A DNA stretch of 59,812 nucleotides, the filler included, from Trypethelium eluteriae (Eukaryota), in assembly GCA_051942245.1 (NCBI GenBank). It is 4 parts of 4 records of this genome, joined end to end, with 100 filler letters (N's around TTAATTAATTAA, not from the genome) between each part and the next. Parts side by side here need not be neighbours in the genome. Positions count along the whole stretch, not along the records: positions 1 to 14,916 come from JAVECL010000668.1; positions 15,017 to 29,921 come from JAVECL010000669.1; 2 more parts are not named here. One strand, given 5' to 3'. The notes under the pieces are model-generated. The model was not told the origin of the DNA. It saw nothing but the letters and a program-made list of their open reading frames with translations, and ran no database searches. Below, piece after piece: positions 12,072 to 28,188 of this stretch. How positions within the stretch are numbered: position 1 is the first letter of the stretch; the number at the start of each line of letters is the position of its first letter. Both the position numbers and the translations under genes were made by a program.

Positions 12072-14916
12072 ATGTCGACCAGCCACTTGGATCCTTTAAG
12101 CCCTACAGAGGCAGCGGACGACGAGGAGAGTACTAGCATACCTGCGAAGGTATCCACTACGGTCGAGTCCAATGAATCCAAGTCGGCCCCCCAAGATCCA
12201 ATACCCACTGCGCCTGAGCGAGGAGCTACCGACATCAGTGACCTGAATACGACGGCGCTAATGGCAGAGAAGCAGCTGGCGGGACACGAACACCCTGAAT
12301 GTAACGAGATTGGGGCGAGCCAACAAATTCTTCCAAAACCAGTAGGCACGGCCCCAACCTGGAGGGGCAATGCCGGTTTGGAAAATGATGGGAGAAGACC
12401 GTGGAGACTTCGGTCCAAGACTTCATGGCTAAGTAGTAAATCGAAAGATGATCCTGAACCGCAGCGAACTAATCTGGACCCTTTCCCATACCAGTTTGAG
12501 CCTTTTTCGGACTCAGATCTTTCGAGCTCCTCTTCGGGTGAGTCCGATAGCCAGGACAGCTATGCTACAAAGACGCAGCAGGATGGTCAAAAGGCCGCGC
12601 ATCGGTCCAAAGAGCACGGCAAGAAGAGCGTTAGCGCGGATTCGAGCGTAGAGGAATACGATAGACTCAAGGTTGGAAATGAGCATTTTGAAACGAAAGG
12701 CAAGATATCAAAGAGAGATGGACGGCTGAAGATTACGGTCAATGAAACTCTGAACAGCGGATACCTAGCAAGAGCCCTTGGCGCGGGTCTACACCATCAT
12801 CTCGATCTTCCTACGCGTCACAAGCAAGCCGACGATCAAGAGTCTGTCCTAGCAGGATCGCTTGCAAAACGACCATCCAAACAAGATCAATCAGGTAATG
12901 CTGCGATCTCCTCACTCGTCTCAAACACCCTCAACGGCCCATTTGCGACAGAACAGGATCTCTCATCGCCACCACTGAACGTTGTAATAATAGTAATCGG
13001 GTCCCGTGGCGATACTCAGCCGTTCCTAAAGATTGGCAGGAGTTTAAAGAAGCAGCATGGTCATCGCGTTCGGGTTGCAACTCATCCCGCCTTTAAGAAA
13101 TTCGTTGAGCAGGACCCTGGCCTCGAGTTTTTCTCTGTTGGTGGGGATCCATCTGAGTTAATGGCTTTCATGGTGAAAAATCCCGGACTCATCCCTTCCC
13201 TCGATACTGTAAAACAGGGAGAAATTGGACGAAGAAGAAAAGCCATGTACGAAATGTTCAATGGCATGTGGCGCGCTTGCACGAACTCAACGGATGAAAT
13301 CGATCAAGACAGCCATCAGAAAATCAATGAGAAATACACGTTTGTTGCGGACGCAATCATCGCGAACCCGCCTTCTTTTGCGCATGTTCATATCGCGGAA
13401 CGTTTAGGGGTTCCCTTGCATATCATGTTCACGTTCCCCTATAGTCCGACGACAGCTTTTCCGCATCCAATGGCGAATATCAAGAAAGGCAATGTCGATG
13501 CAAATTATACGAATTTCATGTCTTATCCACTGGTTGAATTGATGACATGGCAAGGTTTGGGAGACTTGGTAAATAGATTTCGCACGGACACGCTCGGATT
13601 GGATCCGGTGAGCACGGTTTGGGCTCCAGGGCAGCTCTACCGCTTCAAGGTTCCTCATACATATCTTTGGTCGCCGTCGCTCGTTCCAAAGCCTGCCGAC
13701 TGGGGCCCAGAAATCGAGATTGGAGGCTTTGTGTTTTTGGACATGGCGGAAAGCTTCGAGCCACCTAAGGATTTGACCGACTTCCTTAATGCTGGAGATC
13801 CCCCGGTGTATGTTGGATTTGGTTCCATTGTCGTTGATGATCCGGACAGCTTTACGGACATGATATTTAAGGCTGTCGAACAGGCTGGAGTTCGTGCGTT
13901 GGTTTCTAAAGGGTGGGGTGGAATTGGCGGTGAAGGTAACGACGTTCCGGACAACATTTTCATGCTAGGTAATACTCCCCACGACTGGCTCTTTCCAAGA
14001 TGTGCAGCGGTTGTACACCATGGTGGAGCTGGCACTACTGCCATTGGACTAAAGTGTGGCAAGCCTACGATGATAGTGCCATTTTTTGGCGATCAACCTT
14101 TCTGGGGAAACATGGTGACAAGAGCTCAAGCGGGCGCAAAGAGATGTATCCCCTATAAGAAATTGACAGCCGAGAAGCTGGCAAGGGGGATTGGAGAATG
14201 CCTCACTGAGGAGGCGAGACAAAATGTTAAGAAGATGGCAGATGGCATCGCGCATGAGGGTGATGGAGCCGAAAATGCCGTCAAGAGCTTCCAGCGACTT
14301 CTACCGGTTGGACGAGAGGGTCAAAACTCTGACATGAGGTGCGAGCTTTTGCCAGACCGTGTCGCCGTCTGGCGTGTCAAGGACAAGAAGCGTGGTATCC
14401 GAGTATCAGCCCTTGCGGCAGAAATCCTAGTTGAGAGGAAGAAGCTGAACTGGAATAAGTTGAGGCTCGTTCGTCACTACGAATGGAATGATTTCGAAGG
14501 CCCCCCCGGGCCAATTACAGGTATCGGAGGTGCACTGAGCGGCACTGTGATAGGATTGGCAGGAGGAGTGAGTCAGTTGCCTGTAGGCGTTGCCAAGACT
14601 GTCAAGGCTAGGGGAAAGCATGAGAAGAAGAGAAGGAGGCTAGAAAAGAAGAGGAAAGAAAAAGAAAAAGAAAGAGAACAACAACAAAAAACGGAGCATG
14701 ACGAAAGCACCAATGCCAAAATTGACGTCGCAGACTGTAGGGATGGTGTGACAGCAATCGATCAACAACAAAGCACAGAGCCTGGGAAGTTCTCTTCATC
14801 AAAGAACTCCCTTCAAAACCTCAGCACCATCCCAAACCTCAATACGGAGCAAGTAATCCGCTCCGGTCTCAACCGCAGCGACTCTCACCAACAAGCGGTA
14901 CCTCCCTCGTCGCGAC
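12072..14916 (+). CDS. Sterol 3-beta-glucosyltransferase-like UDP-glycosyltransferase (GT1), 3'-truncated by an assembly gap
   Basis: IGSRGDTQPF, HRVRVATH, IIANPPSFAHVHIAERLG, PVYVGFGS, PHDWLF, VVHHGGAGTTA and PFFGDQPFWG motifs. The ORF runs into the Ns. Confidence 0.9.
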
Positions 14917-15016
14917 NNNNNNNNNNNNNNNNNNNNNNNNNNNNNNNNNNNNNNNNNNNNTTAATTAATTAANNNNNNNNNNNNNNNNNNNNNNNNNNNN
15001 NNNNNNNNNNNNNNNN
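14917..15016. other. Artificial contig spacer (44 N + TTAATTAATTAA + 44 N)
   Basis: Seen directly. The 12-mer places stop codons in all six frames. Confidence 0.97.
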
Positions 15017-15018
15017 TG

Positions 15019-15810
15019 GATGAGGAGGATGAGGATGAGGGAAGAGAGCAGGGGAGGGGAGAGGCAGAGGTAGAGGCAGAGGCAGAGGCAGAGAGAGAGT
15101 GCCAGCGCGTACGCGTCAACCAAGTCCTCGCGGACCTGCTGCCGCCGGGGCTCATGCGGTCGCGGCGGCTAGAGGCCGATCTCGCGCATCTGGGTATCGA
15201 CTCGACGGAGGACCTCCCGACGCGGGTGCGGGAGTTCGTGGCGCGCATAGATGAGGAGGTGGAGATGAAGCCGTGGGTCCTGGTCGCGTATGCCTGGGTC
15301 ATGTATATGGCGATTTTCTCCGGCGGGAGGTGGGTTCGACAGCAGTTAATGGATGCTGGACCAGGGTTCTGGTGTCACGCAGATGGGGAGGCAGAAGACG
15401 AACAAGAGTGGAAGGGACTGGCGTTTTTGAATTTCGAGGGGGACGAAGATGGTGAGGATATCAAGAGCGAGTTCAAGCGGAGATTGGCGAGTGCGGAGGA
15501 GGTTTTTGATGAAGAGCAGCGCGGGGACATTGTTGAAGAGGCAAAGGCCATATTTACGCGTTGCATAGGCCTGGTGGGTGAATTGGATGACATGCTGTGC
15601 AGCGCAGGATCCATTGAGAAGACCGGTACATTAGGGCATGCCCGTTCAGCCAAACAGCTCCGGAGACCAGTCGAAGCAGGACCTTCGGGTCGAATACTGA
15701 GGCAGCAGAGCCTGGAGCCACGTTCTCCGTTTTCAAGACCTTTTCTTACGGGCTTAGCGGTGGTCGTTGGATGTGTCTCTTGGTATGCATATTATTTTGC
15801 AAGTGTCTAG
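15019..15810 (+). CDS. Heme oxygenase-like protein, 5'-truncated by the gap
   Basis: GLMRSRRLEADL, 'PWVLVAYAWVMYMAIFSGGR' (HO distal-helix GG motif), 'IVEEAKAIF' and a C-terminal transmembrane anchor. Confidence 0.8.
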   Translation, partial: DEEDEDEGREQGRGEAEVEAEAEAERECQRVRVNQVLADLLPPGLMRSRRLEADLAHLGIDSTEDLPTRVREFVARIDEEVEMKPWVLVAYAWVMYMAIFSGGRWVRQQLMDAGPGFWCHADGEAEDEQEWKGLAFLNFEGDEDGEDIKSEFKRRLASAEEVFDEEQRGDIVEEAKAIFTRCIGLVGELDDMLCSAGSIEKTGTLGHARSAKQLRRPVEAGPSGRILRQQSLEPRSPFSRPFLTGLAVVVGCVSWYAYYFASV

Positions 15811-16839
15811 ATCACTACTGTCCACGACATCTGCACACGGAGGCAGCACTGCATCAGACATTCGGCTGGCGTATGGATTGCTCCGAACTTTTGGTGCACG
15901 GCATAACGTCACTTTTTAACAGGTCATGATTTTGCGTAAGTTCCGTTGGAGATACCCTATAAAGAGCACCTAATATAAACTCTTCAATCACGAATATTCG
16001 TCAACTACTGCTTTCTACTCCTAACAAGGCTTTGTAAATCATTGACAAGCGTTTCATCGTGGGTTTCATCGGCAGAAGAAGAACAATGGATTGAACGACT
16101 AGCGTTGCCATCCATCGAATTGCGGGTACGGGATACAGTAAGATCAAGACTGTTCAGTAGTGCTGAACCAGGAACTCAAAATAAATCCTCGTTCACACAC
16201 AAGATCGTGCTTTGGCTGAAAAGACTACCTGAACCCTTTAAGTGGCTACTGGCTCCGAATTTGAAAGTAGAAACCATAATAGCGTAAATCGGATTTGTTC
16301 TTGGAGAAGTGGAAGATTGGTGTCAGCTTGCCAGACTGTAGTACTATCCGATTGGTTAAAGCTAGCAGTCTGGAAGTTCTTTGTTCTTTCAAAGACATTC
16401 ATCAAATTATAAGAAACACTATATTGGCACCGATAGAGAACTTAGCTGCGCAGCGCACAAAAATCGGCCGGTATGTGAAATACGGTAATTGACGGGAAGT
16501 TCTGTGTCGGAAAGGAGAGAGTACCTGGTCGGGGCGGAGTAGCTAAGCAACCGAACATGCTGATGCTACTCCTTGTAACGCAATATTGCTGGTTGCTGCA
16601 GACGAATAAACGCACTGGCAGGTTTTAGCTGTGGAGTGTTTTCAACTGTCTGCGTCTCCAACAACGTTGCTCCTGCCACCTAATACGTCTTTTGACAGGA
16701 GAAAATCGTGCGGTATCGTCCTGCAGCCTCGTCTTGACGCCTTGAGCACCCGGTCTCTCATACTGACCGCCAAATCAGTTATACCAAATCCCATTCTTCC
16801 TTGAACATCGAGACATATCAACGAAACTCTTGCAGAAGA

Positions 16840-17947
16840 ATGGCTATTAGAATGGGACCATCGAGGACACTCACTCTGGTTCTGACTGCGCTGTCGTGTC
16901 TTGCTTATCGTGAGTTGTTGTCTCTAGCAGCAAGGCTGCTGTACTCCGTACATGGACTTGTCTGTTGGCATACTAAAGACTGGTGTTGCTGATAACTCTA
17001 CCAGCATCTGAATGCGCCAGCAGCGCAGACGGAAGTGGCTGGAACCGCAACAACATTATCCAACTGGCAACCCTCTTGACTGGGATTCCCGCGTTATTGG
17101 TAGCTCTCATTGGCATTGTTGCGGCGGCTAGGAAATATCGTCGACAGCATCGTCAACAGGGTATGCAGCTTTCCGTTGACGATCAACCATTTGAATGCTT
17201 CGACAACACGTAGAGTGCAAGGGCCAGACAGATTGACGATGAGTTATAGCGGAGCAGGTTGCGCTGAACATGTAGAAAGTTTCTTCGTGGGGACATCCGA
17301 GGGTTGCTTGACGACGAGCCTTGGATTGCCGAGACGATCCGTTTGAAGTAGACTATTTCTGACGTTAGTTTTGCAGAACCAGTGCGAGACGACCTACAGC
17401 TCCAAAGTGAATCAGCTCGGCGCACTCAGAACAAGGTCGTGCCAAATTGTTCGTTAGCAGCACAAAGGCCTAATGTGAGTGGCTCCTTGGTGGGGTCAAT
17501 GGTCCTGATAACGAGCTCACAATTATGAAGACACAGACTGAGTCGATGCACGTTGACGTCGCCCGACCTCAGCAAGTTTTGCTGAGATCAGACCCATCAT
17601 CTTCCTCGCAATTCGGAACCACGGTACCCAGTATGTATGGCGATGTGGCCTGCTGTCGACAGCATCGTATGGACGAGACGACTCCATCGGTTTCCAACAA
17701 TGTTGTGAGAGAGATGAGGACGACAAGTGAGATGCAAGCATCTTTGCCAGTGGCCCACATAAGTCAGCCAGCTTCACTGACTAATACGCGTCCACCGACG
17801 CTAGCCGAGGCTGAGAGTGTCTATCAACTTGTGGTGTGGTTCCAGGAGATATATCATGATCTGGATGTCCAGCAGATAGAAGAGCGTGGCGTATGGGAAC
17901 GTGAGATGGAGGGTTGGACTGAATCGTCTTTCCATGATGGGACGTAG
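16840..17947 (+). CDS. Hypothetical multi-exon protein with signal-like N-terminus and one transmembrane segment
   Basis: ATG at 16840 and a GTGAGT donor at 16910. The next exon has 'WNRNNIIQLATLLTGIPALLVALIGIVAAARKYRR'. Linking it to ORF 17525-17947 is an inference. Confidence 0.4.
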
Positions 17948-20710
17948 TTTGTGTAGAACGCAACGGTGCCAGGCATGGATCTGCTTCTACAAACCAGCTC
18001 GACACCGTTTGAGAAATTCTTCATCATCAACAAAATCTGTTTGAAGTTATGTTTGTACGCCAGTTCGAGTTTTAGTAGAGTTAAGACAGTGCATGGCAGA
18101 ACTGTTCTGATACGCTATCGCGTAAGAGTTTCTCGGCAGTCTTGACGGCGTAGCCTCGTCAGCACATAATCGCTGGGAGAGCGTGGCTTGCAACAAGTCA
18201 CGTATGAGTGTTATGATACGTTGGCAAACAAACAAAAATTAGAAATAGGCATTGGTGTTGCGACGTCGTTCTGTAAAAGTTCATGGCTTTAACACTTGGT
18301 CAGAAGAGGGAGTTGAAGATGAAGAGGAGGGTAGGTCGGCAAAGTGGCGCGTGACAATCGCCCATTGTCTTCAACGAGATTCTGGAGTCACGTGATCATC
18401 GACGAGTTCACGTTGCTGGCAGTGAAGTTGCAAAAGCGAATGCGGGGTGGCACACCTACAGAAGGCGAGTTGTCCCGCTATCGCTAGGATACCCACCCCT
18501 GTCATGTAGTCGAGGAATCTTGCTCATGTTAATTGGCTGGAAATTCATTGAGCTAAACTTTGAGGAGTAACTTCTTAACTTCTTTAGACACTAGCCTCGA
18601 GCCTCCTGTCCGGGGATTTCTTCAATATTTCACTGGAGTCGATTCATCTTTAAAAGTTTCTCCTACAGATACAAGAAATTGAGTCTCTTTCCGAACAATT
18701 TTGAGATCTCTTACTCCTCTGTACTGTTTCATAAGAAGGATCTTTGTTTGAAGGCCTTGTATGGAGGTTCTTTGAGGTGTGCTCCTTCCATGAAATCGGT
18801 GTGCTCCTTAATTACTGATGAGCGGTGGCCACACTCGAGCTTCACCCTTCTGAGTTCTATTGGGGACTTTCCCAATTGTCGAAAGCAGAAGACGTGTGTA
18901 TCACTCATCTAGGCACGTATGAACTTCATTTGAAAATTGAATCTACTTCTTGGATACATTGATTGTGCGTCCACTCTTTGAATCCTTGGTGGGGTTCTGA
19001 TGAATGTCTGAAGCTCAAAATTAGCTTCTCCCACACCTTCATGTCTCTCACGAAACACTCACAGTCGCTAGATCTTCAGATTATAGTGTATTCAATCTTC
19101 ATGACTAGACTCTGCATTGAGCAATATCGTGATCCGATCCTATGAAGAACAGGGCCGATCCGGAATTCCAGATGAAGCCCACACCTCAGCGATGCTCAGC
19201 TCCTTGCTCGAAGCTTCACATCGACGATGAAAGGTAGGGGGTGAGGATATTCGTCTTTTTACTCGAATCCTGCCATACAAGCCCTTTTCATTGCTGCAGA
19301 ATAATGATAACATTTGCCTTAACATGATCTAAAAACACGAGAGAACACTATTGTTGCTTTATTCAATTTCCACCTGGAATCTCTTTTGCTGTTACGACCA
19401 TTCTTTCATTTCTTAATTTTTCAGCTGTGCGCTATTGTGAAAAGGATCGGTTTTTCTCATCTGTTGATCTCTTACCATCGTTTGAGGGTTCTTGATCCAA
19501 CTAAAGTGCCAGTAGACATGCTTTCGTCAAACCGTTCCGTTAGCGCAAAGATCATTGACACGGGAAGCCGAATTCATGTTCCTCCAAGTCTGTTCTTGAC
19601 TCCCATTACTCGTGGCCACGATGATTTAGTTTGCCCTGCCTGCGTCTTCTTGATTGAGAATAAACAAGTTGGACGAAGAATTGTTCTCGACTTGAGTGTT
19701 AAAAAGGAAAGGGAGAAGCTACCGCAACTTCTACAGAGGGGATGACCAAAATAGAAGTGAGGATGAATTGCAATAAAGATGTTCTCGAAGTTTGAAAGAT
19801 GGCGAGATGGAGCTCCGTGAGATTGAATCCTTCTGGAGGTGAGGCTGTTGCTCGGCGCTCTAGAAGCTACTCCGAGGAGTCCTGATATATTGTGATAGCC
19901 ACCAGCATTTTCGTCATACAAGACGCCAGCCCGCTCTCGTTCCATCACTGTCCTGATTCTTGGCCAGAGTTTCAAGAAACAGACGTTCTGGATGACTGGC
20001 TCAATATTGTTGACCACTGGAAGGCGAAAGGCTGAAAAGAGCAAGGTAAGCGGAAGGTCTTGGAGGGCTTTGCAAAGGCTGCAGAGGCGGGTCAACGAAA
20101 TCAATGCAGTAGAGATAGGTTTGGATAGTGGATTTGATTCGTATGCGGATCCTTGATTAAGGAAACTTTCAAATTTCATCCTGAAGACGACTCAGACGAA
20201 ACCATTAAGACGACTTCGAACTATCATGAATTTTGCATTTTTAGAAAGAGAAAAGAGCGCGCAAAGCTACCATTATCGCTCCAGTCACGAAAGACCCGCA
20301 GAGATGACGAAAAACAGAGCCTGAAGGGTTATCAACCTTAAAGTTCCCATCACGATATTACATCCCCTGATTATCACAGTCCCTCAAGAAATAAATGCTC
20401 ATGTATTTTTGTCTCGTCACGCTACCTTGGCAGATGCTATCTTCCCTCGAAACCAGATAATCCACAATGTCCAGAACACGGTGTCAGTTACACGAAACCC
20501 CTAAGAAGCGAGCTCACCCCAGCCGAGCTCGACGAATGCTGCGAAACTTGTCTCAAGTCGTCCACAAGCGCCTCCTGTCCTCATAACTCCTTCTCTGCAC
20601 TGCAAGCCGAGAAAGTCCACAAAACTCATACCCGGAAGGGGCCCAGGGTGCATCCGGCTTTCAATCCCGCTCCAAGCATATGCTCACACCCCCACTTTCC
20701 GTCTCTTCAT

Positions 20711-22430
20711 CTACAATACACCACCCGGCAAACTGACACTCCCCCCAGCCTGACTCCCATCCCGGTGAGCACCCCCAATATAATTCTCATGCCCCACCTG
20801 CGGACTTGCATGCCGCCTCAACATGAACATCGGCTTCCGCCCCTCCCGATCAAGCTGCTTAAACAGAATCAGCGGCTTCTCTTGCAAGCCGAGACACCGC
20901 TCCTGGTCGCCGTGGACAATATATAGCGCGTACTGCCGCCAGTCGGCCGTGATGTTATATTTCTTGAGCGCGACAGGGAGCACCTTGTAGCACGGGTCGT
21001 CGACGCTGACACGGAAGCTCTTGTAGATCTCCACCTGCGGGTTGTTGCTGGACGAGCCCGAGGCGTTGGAGGTGGCGGAATTGGGCGGAGCGCCGATGGC
21101 GGTGGTCGAAGAGGAGGTGGAGGGGGCCACGGAGGTGAGCGAGGAGGAGTCCTTACTGCGGTCGGCGAGGCTGGCGAGGGTGTTGGCGGTGGAGGAGTTG
21201 GGGGGGATGATGGTGCTCGTGGTGGAGGCGGCGGAAGAGGTGATTGTGTTGCCGGAGTTGGGAGGCTCGTCGGCGTTGGACCGGCTGCGGTTCCCGTTGA
21301 CGCGGTCGCGATCGCGGTCAGCGTAGCTATCGTCGCCGTACTTGTCGCCGCGGAAAGAGCGGGCAGTGGTGGCGGTTTGTGTGCTGTAGGCTGGAGAGGT
21401 TGGAGATCGCTGGTCGAGAGTATTAGGGGAGGTTTGGGATCCACCAAATGATGCGGTTAGATCGTTCGAAGCGGCTACTGCGGCGGCCGAAGGATGCAGA
21501 TTTGATCCATCATTCAAAGTCCGACCTTCATGTATGGTTGGTGATGGATTCTTCGGCGCTGACCCTAGGAAAAGCTTCTTCGTCGAAAACTTACGGGATA
21601 GACTGCTTGGACCTCTGTCTGTTTGATTGCTCAGAGGCGGTGAGGACATGTTGTCCTGGTTTTGCCCATCGGGGTTTGGGAGAGGGTGTGATCGATCTTT
21701 GTACATTCGCAGTGCGGGTAGAAAGTCTTCTCGTAACCTCCTATTCTCCTCCAGAACTCTGTTCATATCTTCCTTCAACATCTTGAGCTCCGTCTCGGCC
21801 TGTATTATCCGCTCATCCCGTAGTTTTATTGATTCGATAATTCGTGCAATGTCGTCCTGAGTGGCAGTAGCGTCTTGGGAACTGGCTTCCGCAGCTGTTG
21901 TGTTCAGTCTTGTCTCCAAAAGTGATGGCGTCTTGCCGATAACACTTACAAGGAGGCACAAAATCTTCCGGGTCCAAAGGGATATTTTGTTTGACCTTGA
22001 TTTCATACACGTTCCTCAAGACTTTGAGACGATGACCGACGCTGGCCATGCCCATCTCTTTCAGTTCCGCATGATGTAATGCTATCAGTGCCTCGCCATT
22101 AACACCTTCCTCTACAATGAGACATTAGTGAGGTGATCAAACAAAGAGACGGAAAGAGTCCATACCAACGACAGTATCCGCATACTGCCGCAACCCTAAG
22201 CTCGATACGAAATCGGCACACTGTGTTGCCGTCCACTGAGATATCAGACCATTTGGTGATATATGGCTATCCGAGTGTGTGTATGTGGTAGGAGTATTTT
22301 CCGCGGAAGGAGGATCGGAGTCAGTTGGCGAGGATTCAAAGTCGGGCGGAAGCGTAGGTGATGCTACTACACTTCGTTCGAACTCGTCATCAGCATCCGA
22401 ATCCTCATGGTATGCTGATCTGTAGGCCAT
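20711..22430 (-). CDS. STE50: MAPKKK adaptor Ste50 (SAM domain, coiled coil, Ras-association domain)
   Basis: N-terminal SAM (WTATQCADFVSSLGLRQY..GMASVGHRLKVLRNVY) and C-terminal RA (KSFRVSVDDPCYKVLPVALKKYNI..WRQYALYIVHGDQERCL..KPMFMLR, ending LPGGVL). Spliced. Confidence 0.93.
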
Positions 22431-23343
22431 ATCGGCCTGAGGTAAAGAGCTGCTCTATCCGCCAACTCCAGCAACGATCACCCCTCTTTCAGGGAATTTG
22501 ATATGGCAGCACGGACGGTTGAGAAGAGTGGGAGCTCCTAATTTTCAGGTCGAGATAGGTTTCAACAATAGTTGAAGCTTTTGTTAGGAGGCTCCAGGTT
22601 GCGGAAAGATTGTGTGTGTCGACTTTGCGGCGCAGAACACAGGAAGGAGAGGATGGGTGGTAGCGGAGATGCCTGAGACAACGGGTGCTGACTCTGCAGG
22701 CACGAGCGACGACAAATCGGAAAGCGGCGGAAAGATTGGTGGGAGAAGGTCTTTCAGAGTTTGCAGATGAAGGAGAAATGAGGCGTAGAGGGGGGTTGAG
22801 GTTGTCGTCGGATGGTGGTGCTGGCGGCGCTAAGGCAGGAACGAACGAGTGCCGTGCTGGGAAGAGCAAAGACGGCGGGGATGAAGACGAACAAAACCCG
22901 CGGCGAGGCCAGCAGAAGCAAAAATGTGTTACCACGCCCACGGGAGGAGGGTCTCAGGGTCTCAGGATCTGCTTCCAACCCAGCTCCGTCATATCTCATG
23001 CACTCAGTAGAGGACTGAGACGACCAGCCGAGAGCTTGTTGATCCTCTAACACTGCCTTCGAGAAGGCACGGAAGCCTGGCCTTCAAAGTCGTTAAGCGT
23101 GTCAAGGTAGGGATGCCACGTCCCTCCCCCATTCTGCCCTTCTCCACCGCCCGATCGCTTATTGCTAATTGTCAATAGCGGTACCGAATACGGCGTAACT
23201 CCGTACCTCTCCGAGCTGCAAATACCTGCCATTGTTCTCACCTTCTATTGGCTTTTTTCTCACAGAGGACAATCTGCCCCTGATTCTGAGATTTTGGTCT
23301 CCCTATGTGATCATTCTCCCTTTTCGACGCTAGCGCCATTAAG

Positions 23344-23793
23344 ATGAGTCGCTCACCGTCCAAACTCCCCATCTCATCCTCCATCCACTACTCCTCATCT
23401 CCATCCCTCCAATCCGACATCGCCTCTGCCTTGACAGCCTCTCGCGGCGTCAAGCGCATTGAGAGCACATTGCGGCACTCCCTACAATCAACGGGCTGGA
23501 CCGACAACCTACGCACGTATTGTCTGGACCTCTTGCGTAGTGGAGAATGCTCGACGTACGATGAACTGATGACGAGGATCGTCAAGGACTCAAGACCTGG
23601 CGGGAAAGGTGAAAGCGATGGCAAATCGGCAGATAGCACGAACGGAACTGCTTTCAATGGAGAAACGGATCGACAAATTGGAGGACCCAGAAGTGTGGAA
23701 GAAGGCGGCATCCAGATACCCCAGACCACAGTAAAAGAAGGATTAAGGGTGGTACGGGCCGAGTTGGAGCAAGTATGCGAGATTGTCGATTAA
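23344..23793 (+). CDS. SUS1: SAGA/TREX-2 subunit Sus1/ENY2-like protein
   Basis: 149-aa ORF with 'IESTLRHSLQSTGWTDNLRTYC..LLRSGECSTYDEL' and C-terminal 'IPQTTVKEGLRVVRAEL', typical of fungal EnY2 proteins. Confidence 0.7.
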   Translation: MSRSPSKLPISSSIHYSSSPSLQSDIASALTASRGVKRIESTLRHSLQSTGWTDNLRTYCLDLLRSGECSTYDELMTRIVKDSRPGGKGESDGKSADSTNGTAFNGETDRQIGGPRSVEEGGIQIPQTTVKEGLRVVRAELEQVCEIVD

Positions 23794-24274
23794 GCAAAGG
23801 AAAATTCGATATTACTATACACGGGTGGCATGGTTTAGCATGGGATGTCTCTGTTTGGGAGTCTTCCCGATGAACATCATCACTATAAATCTTGTCAAAA
23901 GCTGGACCATGAGGTGACGATTTGAGCAGGCTTGGCATATAGTTGGGGCACAAGGCGATTGTGACGCTCAAGCTTACATTCCAAGGCCTATGACCGGAAA
24001 ATTATATGACCCGTCCATGACAAGGAACCTGTATTGGAAGGGAGTTGGGATCATCAGTTGGAGAAGGTTTATGCATGATACCATTCTAGTTATAGACTAT
24101 GGCGTCTGTCTAGCGATATGCACAGCACCGCCAAATGAGCGAATTCTCGACGAGAGAAATTCATTCCTATGCTAATGCCACGGTATTAAACCCTCATTCT
24201 ATTCATCCTGATAGCTCCCATGAAACACGCCGAACAAGACCCTTTCCTCATCGTACAGAGCCAATGAATAATCC

Positions 24275-27041
<2,767 letters not shown>

Positions 27042-28188
27042 GTTGTCTATCGAGTCGTGACAACTACCGAGGATTTATCGAGAGGGATACGGATGGATTG
27101 GGAAAAAGATCGTGTTGGTGGTATGGAGAGGTTTGATGACGAAGAGAGGAGGAAGTTGCTCTTAAAGGCAGAATGAAGGATGTGATGTTGACGTGAAGGC
27201 GGAAGTGTGAGCTACGTCTTCACGCCTGAATCTTATCCCTGTTCCACTTGGGCACTTGGTCTAGTTCACGTGACGTCGCCTCTCGAAGCTCCCCGAAGAC
27301 CACCGAATGGTGAAAAATATGCGGTGCGACGTCAGCTACTGCTGCCTGCCGCCCGAGCAAAAGCACACTCAAGTCTCACTGCGATGGGGTCCGAACAGAA
27401 GTACTCCGTAGTCTCGCTTGTGACAATTGCTCTGCAGCAATGGCCAATGCCAATCGACGCTTTGTTTCAATCCTGCATGAGCAGTATGTCTCAGGCAGCG
27501 AGAAAAACCCTTAAAGACTCTTAGGCTTAGCGACCAGGGACCACTGTGAGTATATTAAGTTAATCCTAGTGTTGTTCTGCGACTTGGACTCAGCCCATAC
27601 ACGATGCGTGATTAAACTGGGGGCCTTGCAAGGCTCATCGAGTACTCCACAGGTCAAACTATTCTGCGGAATCCCGAGTCACATTTCCTCGAAAGTTATT
27701 ACAGGTCTTGTATATGTTGGACGTTGACTGTTGCCAAAATTGTGAGCTATTAAGCTACGGTAGCAGTGGCTAAGCGAACGTAAAGTCGCTCCTGCAAACA
27801 CTTCAATGCGAGTTCGTTCACTTATCCCTACTCTTTGAGTGATGACCGTTGATTTCATACACTCTATCTACCATGGTAACCCTTCTCACTCACTTCCTTG
27901 TTTGTGTCATATTGTGAGTCAATCGGTACTCTTGAAATTCTTCACAAACCATTATTCGTTTGTACGGTGCATCAAACCTTGTTTTTGACTCAATATAGGC
28001 ACGATGCCCAGTACTTTTCCACCGGGATGAAGTGGCTGTAAACCACCGAGTATTGAAGGGGGCAGCGAAAGCACTCACTGCCACTCTTGACGACCACAAT
28101 ATTCTCACCAACACAGCGTTTCAATAGACCCTTCTCTTATCACCAGGATTAGACTTTTGCGCTCGAGCGCAAACAGACTTCCCTTGCA

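Noticed and set aside
14961..14972. Palindromic TTAATTAATTAA recurring three times, as a possible biological repeat or piggyBac TTAA site
   Set aside because: It is always centred in exactly 44+44 Ns, so it is an assembly linker.
18000..20650. Gene-poor, lower-GC stretch including ORF 19574-20179, possibly a decayed gene or transposon
   Set aside because: No recognisable protein motif, terminal repeat or consistent reading frame by eye. It needs tBLASTx or a repeat search.
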